Origin: Nitrospirales bacterium
Lineage (GTDB): Bacteria; Nitrospirota; Nitrospiria; Nitrospirales; UBA8639
Direction of reading: 5' to 3'
Length of the DNA: 64,000 nt
NCBI GenBank assembly: GCA_965223295.1
Contig: CBDCWC010000003.1
Location: 1,280,001 to 1,344,000, forward strand
Both the position numbers and the translations under genes were made by a program. Positions 58,646-64,000 of this stretch are shown here, one piece after another. The first letter of the stretch is position 1, and the number at the start of each line of letters is the position of its first letter. Below the pieces are notes generated by a model that worked only from the letters and a program-made list of their open reading frames with translations, had not been told where the DNA came from and made no database searches.

Positions 58646-59341
58646 ATGGCTGTGTGTCCTTCCTGTAAACAAGACAATCCGCCTAATGCTAATTTTTGTG
58701 CGCAATGCGGACAAGCGTTGGTCAAGAATTCTCCTGAACCCGAAATCGATACCGAACCTGCCGCTTCTCCGTCAGCTCCGACCTCGCTGCAACTTTGGGA
58801 AACGTTTATTGGCCCGAGCAAATCCCTCCAATTTTCATGGCAAACATGGTGGACGTGGCGGCCAGCCTTTCTGTATTACAAGGAAAAATTTTCTGATCTC
58901 GAAACTCCTCAAGGGCCACGCTTTGCCTTAAGCTGGAATTGGCCGGCAGCCTTCTTTGATTCCTTTCTGTGGTTCCTTTACCGAAAAATGTACATGTTTG
59001 CGTTGCTGTATGCTGTGGCTCCAGCGCTGGCAATTTTCCTCACCGGGGATATGACGGTCGGAATCGTTTCACGAATTTTGGCAGGGGCGAGTGCCAATTA
59101 CTTGTATTTTTGGCATGTGAAAGATAAGTTGCAACGAATCATGTCTCTTCCAAATATGAATGATGCAGCTCGGGCGGATCTCGTCCGTGAGGAAGGCGGC
59201 GTGCAGCCCTATGTCCTGTGGCTTGGGGCTGCGCTCCATGTCTTTATGTTTGGTCTGTTGGTCGCCGCGATCATTGAAGGACCACCGGAGGGAGATCTTC
59301 CTGTAGGGTCAGAAGAACGACCTGCTCAGAAATTTTTTTAA
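58646..59341 (+). CDS. Zinc-ribbon / DUF2628-like membrane protein
   Basis: CPSC..NP..ANFCAQCG; SWNWPAAFF..LW.LYRKMY; ANYLY motifs. Confidence 0.8.
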   Translation: MAVCPSCKQDNPPNANFCAQCGQALVKNSPEPEIDTEPAASPSAPTSLQLWETFIGPSKSLQFSWQTWWTWRPAFLYYKEKFSDLETPQGPRFALSWNWPAAFFDSFLWFLYRKMYMFALLYAVAPALAIFLTGDMTVGIVSRILAGASANYLYFWHVKDKLQRIMSLPNMNDAARADLVREEGGVQPYVLWLGAALHVFMFGLLVAAIIEGPPEGDLPVGSEERPAQKFF

Positions 59342-59369
59342 AGCGGGTACGTAGGTATTCCCTAGGTGT

Positions 59370-60254
59370 TTAAGCATCTTGTGGGATTTCGGCCGTTTGC
59401 CAGGCAAACCAGGCTTGAAACCATTCATAGTCGGATTGATATGCGGTGAGTCGTGCATCTTCCTGCCCACTCTTTTCGGTCAGGAGCGTATACGTGCGAG
59501 GCCAATTTTTCGTCCACCAGGACTTGAGTGCTTCCGGTGAGGATAGGGATTCCTCAGATTGAAAAATATTTCCAGCCGCCACCAATTGGGCAATGACTTT
59601 CCATGTGCGATCTTTACCGACCCCCAAACTTTTAAAATGCTCGCGTAATAGGAATACCACCCATAATTCTGCGCTATGCTTTTTGTTATGTTTAAAGGGT
59701 TGAGTTTGCCGAAGTGGAATCGGGTCAAAGTTCTTCACGATAGAGGTATAGTCTGGACCACCATAGTTCCCGATCATTTCAGCAATGCCTTCCACCATGC
59801 TGGCTAACTCCACTTCAACTAGAGGTTTTTGGGGAGATGGCGGAGAGGGTGTAGCTTCGAGAGGGTTTGGTGAGGTGAGCATGTCGATCACTGGTTTAAG
59901 CTCTCGAAGCCGTGCTACCGCAGCTTTTAAAATGTGTGATGATTCGACCCAATAATCAGAATCGTGCTTGGCTGTTCGTTCCTTTCCTTCTGGTGGAAGG
60001 ACAGGAGGAATCCAGTGGCGAATAAGGGTAAACAGAACATAATCTAGATCGCCGCCTTCTTGTGCAGCGCGATCCAGAGCCTGATTCGGGCCGAGGCCGT
60101 GTTGAAAAAATCGTTCTGTACGGTCAGCGACGTGATGGCGCTGAGCTAGCGCGGTCCACCAGTGAGCGAATTGTTGCCATTTGTTAGAATCGGAAATCAT
60201 AAGTGCGAGAGCGTATCCAGAAACCATGGTACGATTCACTGCATGGCAAAGCAA
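59370..60254 (-). CDS. Hypothetical protein
   Basis: Long ORF with no recognised motif; start may be ATG 60200 (MISDSN). Confidence 0.65.
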   Translation of the reverse strand: MLCHAVNRTMVSGYALALMISDSNKWQQFAHWWTALAQRHHVADRTERFFQHGLGPNQALDRAAQEGGDLDYVLFTLIRHWIPPVLPPEGKERTAKHDSDYWVESSHILKAAVARLRELKPVIDMLTSPNPLEATPSPPSPQKPLVEVELASMVEGIAEMIGNYGGPDYTSIVKNFDPIPLRQTQPFKHNKKHSAELWVVFLLREHFKSLGVGKDRTWKVIAQLVAAGNIFQSEESLSSPEALKSWWTKNWPRTYTLLTEKSGQEDARLTAYQSDYEWFQAWFAWQTAEIPQDA

Positions 60255-60272
60255 GTGTGAGGAGGAGGCGCA

Positions 60273-60878
60273 ATGTCACAATTAGTGTTGATACGTCATG
60301 GTGAATCCCAGTGGAATTTAGAAAATCGATTTACGGGATGGGTTGACGTGCCGCTCACGTCGAAAGGTGAAGACGAAGCACGGGCGGCTGGAGAAAAGCT
60401 CAAAGCCTTTCAATTTGATCGTGCGTTTACTTCAGTGCTCAAGAGAGCACAGAATACCTTGCGTATTGTGTTGGACGTAATCGGTCAGGCCACAATTCCC
60501 ATTACAGAAGACAAGGCCCTCAATGAACGAATGTATGGGGAACTGCAAGGGTTGAATAAAGCGGAAACGGCTAAAAAATTTGGGGTCGAGCAAGTCAAAA
60601 TCTGGCGGCGGAGTTTTGATGTGCCGCCTCCTGGCGGGGAAAGTCTTAAAGATACCGCTGCACGGGTCCTTCCCTATTACGAACGTTTGATTCGTCCTGA
60701 ACTCGCTGCTCATAAGACTGTCTTGATTGTGGCGCATGGAAACAGCTTACGGTCCTTGGTCATGCATTTGGAGAACTTGTCACGAGACGCGGTGCTTGAA
60801 CTGAATATTCCGACCGGTGCTCCGTTGTTTTATGAGCTGGACGCTCAATGTACCGTGACCGCGCATCGCTATTTGTAA
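60273..60878 (+). CDS. gpmA: 2,3-bisphosphoglycerate-dependent phosphoglycerate mutase
   Basis: [25 protein letters not shown] and AHGNSLR motifs; GGAGG RBS. Confidence 0.95.
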   Translation: MSQLVLIRHGESQWNLENRFTGWVDVPLTSKGEDEARAAGEKLKAFQFDRAFTSVLKRAQNTLRIVLDVIGQATIPITEDKALNERMYGELQGLNKAETAKKFGVEQVKIWRRSFDVPPPGGESLKDTAARVLPYYERLIRPELAAHKTVLIVAHGNSLRSLVMHLENLSRDAVLELNIPTGAPLFYELDAQCTVTAHRYL

Positions 60879-60893
60879 ATCTGGAAAGCCGTT

Positions 60894-61280
60894 ATGGGCA
60901 TGATCGTGTTGTTTTTTATCGCCGGCTTATGGATGGCCGATGGTATCGCCCTGATCGTGGCCCCAGAACGTATGATTGCGACATTGCGTCAATCGCTCAT
61001 TGTGGCGCCGGGGTTTTTGAAGTGGGGTGGACTTGCTGGATTATTAGGGGTAGTCTTGATCGTGGCCACCAAAAATGTGGCGTATCAGCCATTGTGGATT
61101 GTAGTCGGTCTCAGCATGGTGGCAAAAGGAATTTTCTTGTATGCTGGTTCCGATGTCTGGCGGTTGCGCATTGTGAAGTGGTGCTTGGAGCGGGAGCCTG
61201 TCGACTATCGTCTGTGGGGGTTGGGATTATGTACCCTCTCGATTCTCCTGTTAGATGCCATGAATTGGGGTCGTGATTAG
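60894..61280 (+). CDS. Small membrane protein (DUF2065-like)
   Basis: 4 hydrophobic segments; DG.AL..AP motif. Confidence 0.6.
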   Translation: MGMIVLFFIAGLWMADGIALIVAPERMIATLRQSLIVAPGFLKWGGLAGLLGVVLIVATKNVAYQPLWIVVGLSMVAKGIFLYAGSDVWRLRIVKWCLEREPVDYRLWGLGLCTLSILLLDAMNWGRD

Positions 61281-61403
61281 AAAAGGGGAAATGTCAAAAG
61301 GAAAAAGTGGCAACTAGAAATTTGTCTTAAAGTTGTTCAGAGAAGACTTTTTCAAGCTATTTACTATTTACTTTTCTCTTCTACCTTCTCACGAAATTAC
61401 CTC

Positions 61404-61697
61404 ATGACCGACGCAGAACGAACAAAATTTGATGAAGTCTGGCAGATGCATCAACAAGCGGATTGGCCAGGTGGCCTTGGCAGTGACGAGGGGCAGCTCA
61501 TGAACCTCGATACTGTGATTGGTGGATGTTTGACCTATTTTTTTGAGGAACATGATTTAGATGAACAACGAGTAGAAATTTTACGTGATTGTCTTGCCGA
61601 ACTCGAGGGAATCGTGGAAGATGTCGCTAGTACCCCCTCCGAGTATTTCAGCCGCTTACAATTTCTTGGAACAACCCTCCTTCAAGACTATTCCTGA
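61404..61697 (+). CDS. Acidic hypothetical protein
   Basis: 97-aa ORF, predicted helical. Confidence 0.6.
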   Translation: MTDAERTKFDEVWQMHQQADWPGGLGSDEGQLMNLDTVIGGCLTYFFEEHDLDEQRVEILRDCLAELEGIVEDVASTPSEYFSRLQFLGTTLLQDYS

Positions 61698-61890
61698 TAT
61701 CCAATATGATGCGAATGATTTTCTCTGTCTATGAATCCATTAATATTACGCTGGTGCAATGAACGAGAGGATTGAGTTGGGTGGAATACATTCCACCTCA
61801 CTTAGGAGCCCATTTATGGGTGGCAGAAAAAGTCGGTGAAAGTTTTCACAGGTTGCAACTGTTTTTTATCACACAACAAGGAGGTTTCAC

Positions 61891-62223
61891 ATGGCCAGTT
61901 CGTCAAGCCGGTTCGAAGTCTTTGCAGGGAGAAATGGCAAATTCTATTTTCGCCTTAAAGTGCAAAGTGGAGAAATTATTCTTGCCAGTCAGGGATATGC
62001 CTTACGATCCTCAGCTCGACGGGCCATCCAGTCTGTGCGTGACCATGCGTCAGACAGTGCCTGTTATGTCACAAAGAAAAACAAAGCCGGAAAAACATTT
62101 TTTAACTTAGTGGCTCGCAATTCCAAAGTTATTGGTACCAGTCAGGCTTATGCCTCACCTGCCGGAGCGAAAAAGGGCATCGAAGCCGTAAAAAGGGCGG
62201 CAGGCAAGGCCCCCATCGCATAA
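61891..62223 (+). CDS. YegP family protein (tandem DUF1508)
   Basis: Two repeats of F.F.L...GE/KII..SQ.Y; AAGGAGG RBS. Confidence 0.9.
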   Translation: MASSSSRFEVFAGRNGKFYFRLKVQSGEIILASQGYALRSSARRAIQSVRDHASDSACYVTKKNKAGKTFFNLVARNSKVIGTSQAYASPAGAKKGIEAVKRAAGKAPIA

Positions 62224-62235
62224 GATTTTTGAGCA

Positions 62236-62257
62236 GCGGGGTGCATCAGCACCCCGC
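62236..62257. other. Perfect GC-rich hairpin after the YegP gene
   Basis: GCGGGGTGC-ATCA-GCACCCCGC; no adjacent U-tract. Confidence 0.5.
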
Positions 62258-62411
62258 GTAAGCCAGCACGAAAAAGTCGTAAGCCAGATAGTTCTTGGGA
62301 GGAAGAGATCTAATCCCTTCACAGGAGCAGTCTAGTTTGACGCTGGAAAAAATGCTGTGGTACCGTGATTTCCTCTGTTGGTCTATAAATTCTCCTGTAT
62401 GAAATAAGGCT

Positions 62412-63341
62412 GTGGCTATGAACCAAGAAAAAGATCTCAAAACAATTTTGAATAATCTTCATTATTCGGATGATGCCAAAGTGGTCGAGCAAATCTCGGC
62501 CCAAACCAAGATGGTCATGTCCCGTATGAAGGGCATTCGTCGTAAAGTCGTTGTGATGAGTGGCAAAGGCGGCGTGGGAAAAAGTATGACCACGGTCAAT
62601 CTCGCTCTGGCATTTGCCCGTCTGGAAAATCGCGTTGGCTTACTCGATGTGGATATTAATGGTCCATGTGTCCCCCAAATGTTGGGGATGAGCGGGATGG
62701 GGCTCTTAGATACGCCCGAGGGGGCGGTCCCGCCGACCGGTCCATTGGGCATAAAAGTAGCGTCCATGGATTTTCTCTTGCAGGCTAATGCACCCGTTCG
62801 CTGGAAAGGTCCCATGGATTTGAGTCCGGTCTGGTTGGGTATGACAGAAATGAATGTCATTCGGGAATTTCTTTCCGATATGGCCTGGGGCGAATTAGAC
62901 TACTTGTTAGCGGACCTCCCGCCAGGGGCTGCAGCCGACAAGCCACCGTTATTGTCTGGACTTATTCCAGATTTAGCTGGTGCTGTGGTTGTCACCACCC
63001 CGTCCGAAGTGGCGTCGAATGTCGTACAAAAGTCTATCGCCTATGCCCAAGAACTCGGTATTGAGATTTTAGGAGTCGTCGAAAATATGAGCCAATATCG
63101 CTGTCCGTCGTGTGGGGAAGAAAACCCACTGTTTGAGGGTGATACCGATTCGATGTGTGAAGTCCTTGGGATTCCCCTCTTAGGGCGTATTCCCTTCGAT
63201 CGGAATTTTGCCCGTACTTTCGATAAGGGAGAACCTATATTAGACGGGACAAATCCTACGGTGGCAAAATACCAGGAAATCGCCAAAAAAATTCATACTC
63301 TGTTAGATTATCAACAAGTTGTGACGGGAAAATTGTCATAA
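62412..63341 (+). CDS. mrp: Mrp/NBP35 (ApbC) Fe-S cluster carrier ATPase
   Basis: SGKGGVGKS, D.D..GP, DLPPG, VTTP and ENMS.Y.CP.C motifs. Confidence 0.9.
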   Translation: MAMNQEKDLKTILNNLHYSDDAKVVEQISAQTKMVMSRMKGIRRKVVVMSGKGGVGKSMTTVNLALAFARLENRVGLLDVDINGPCVPQMLGMSGMGLLDTPEGAVPPTGPLGIKVASMDFLLQANAPVRWKGPMDLSPVWLGMTEMNVIREFLSDMAWGELDYLLADLPPGAAADKPPLLSGLIPDLAGAVVVTTPSEVASNVVQKSIAYAQELGIEILGVVENMSQYRCPSCGEENPLFEGDTDSMCEVLGIPLLGRIPFDRNFARTFDKGEPILDGTNPTVAKYQEIAKKIHTLLDYQQVVTGKLS

Positions 63342-63387
63342 GCTGAAGCACGCGTTGGCTCAAGCTGGCCTTCAGAAGGGAAACGAT

Positions 63388-64000
63388 ATGAAATTTGTCT
63401 GCCTTAAATGTGAAACCTATATGACCTTCGAAAAAGTCGAAAAGCCAGCGGAAGGGGCCTTGGGAGTCTTTTTTGAATGCCCTTCTTGTGAATCCAGATT
63501 TTCAATGATCACCAATCCAGGCGAAACTCAAATGGTGTCTTCCTTAGGCGTGCAGTTGGGTGGGCGGACAGAAGCTCCGAAGCCATTGGAAATGACTCGA
63601 GGCGGGTTAGAAGACAATGTGGCGGCAGGTGCGGGGCAAATGGCAGCCTATTTGAATGACAAAATTCAAGCAGGCCAATCAGCCACTGCTGGAGCACCGA
63701 CTACAGCTACGGCTCCTAGTGTCGGGGCAGGAGAATCAGGTGAAAGTGGCGGGTGTCCGTTCTCAGCCATGGTTGCCCAAATGGGCCTAGGTTCTTCCGG
63801 ATCAACTGAAACGACAGCTCCAGCGGCCGAGCCCTTGTTATGGACGCCGGATGCCCAAGAGAAGTTGGCGAAGCTTCCCTCTTTTGTGCAGCCGATGGTG
63901 AAAAGCAGCGTCGAAACCTATGCGCGAAAGAGTGGGTTTACCACGGTAACACTCCAAGTCATGGATGATTCCAAGAATTCTTCCACTGAAGGCATTCAAT
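63388..64000 (+). CDS. Cys-motif protein with a PCP_red-like (BchB C-terminal-type) domain; 3'-truncated by the window and absent from the ORF track
   Basis: Open frame from ATG 63388: MKFVCLKC...CPSC...GGCPF...WTPDAQEKLAKLPSFVQPMVKSSVETYARKSG..TVT. Confidence 0.8.
   Translation, partial: MKFVCLKCETYMTFEKVEKPAEGALGVFFECPSCESRFSMITNPGETQMVSSLGVQLGGRTEAPKPLEMTRGGLEDNVAAGAGQMAAYLNDKIQAGQSATAGAPTTATAPSVGAGESGESGGCPFSAMVAQMGLGSSGSTETTAPAAEPLLWTPDAQEKLAKLPSFVQPMVKSSVETYARKSGFTTVTLQVMDDSKNSSTEGIQ

Noticed and set aside
1-64000. CRISPR array, rRNA, prophage, integron or autonomous IS
   Set aside because: No regularly spaced direct repeats, rRNA-like sequence, integrase, transposase or phage structural genes were recognised; the repeats present are dispersed MITEs

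Overview
A mostly core-genome window from a bacterium that looks like a member of Nitrospirales (inferred from gene repertoire, synteny and repeat style; not verified). Housekeeping blocks are leuCD, mreBCD-mrdA-rodA-rng-dprA-topB, tRNA-Leu-tig-clpP-clpX, tRNA-Ser/SRP RNA-dnaX-ybaB-recR, pyrF, gpmA and mrp. Accessory content includes a DUF1538x2/P-II-like/CBS operon, a ~13 kb signal-transduction cluster with degenerate receivers, and an alternative sigma-70 gene behind a sigma-54 promoter. An ~8 kb island carries a DUF2868/GTPase pair and a large double-Cache, multi-TM, P-loop receptor-like gene interrupted by one in-frame TAA; this is the best candidate for an undescribed system. Intergenic DNA is colonised by a ~190 bp MITE family (8 copies, ~12 bp TIRs, 5 bp target duplications) that itself hosts short palindromic insertions. 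A second MITE family has perfect 18 bp TIRs. No transposase, CRISPR array, rRNA or prophage was seen. All product calls come from motif recognition by eye; no database searches were run.
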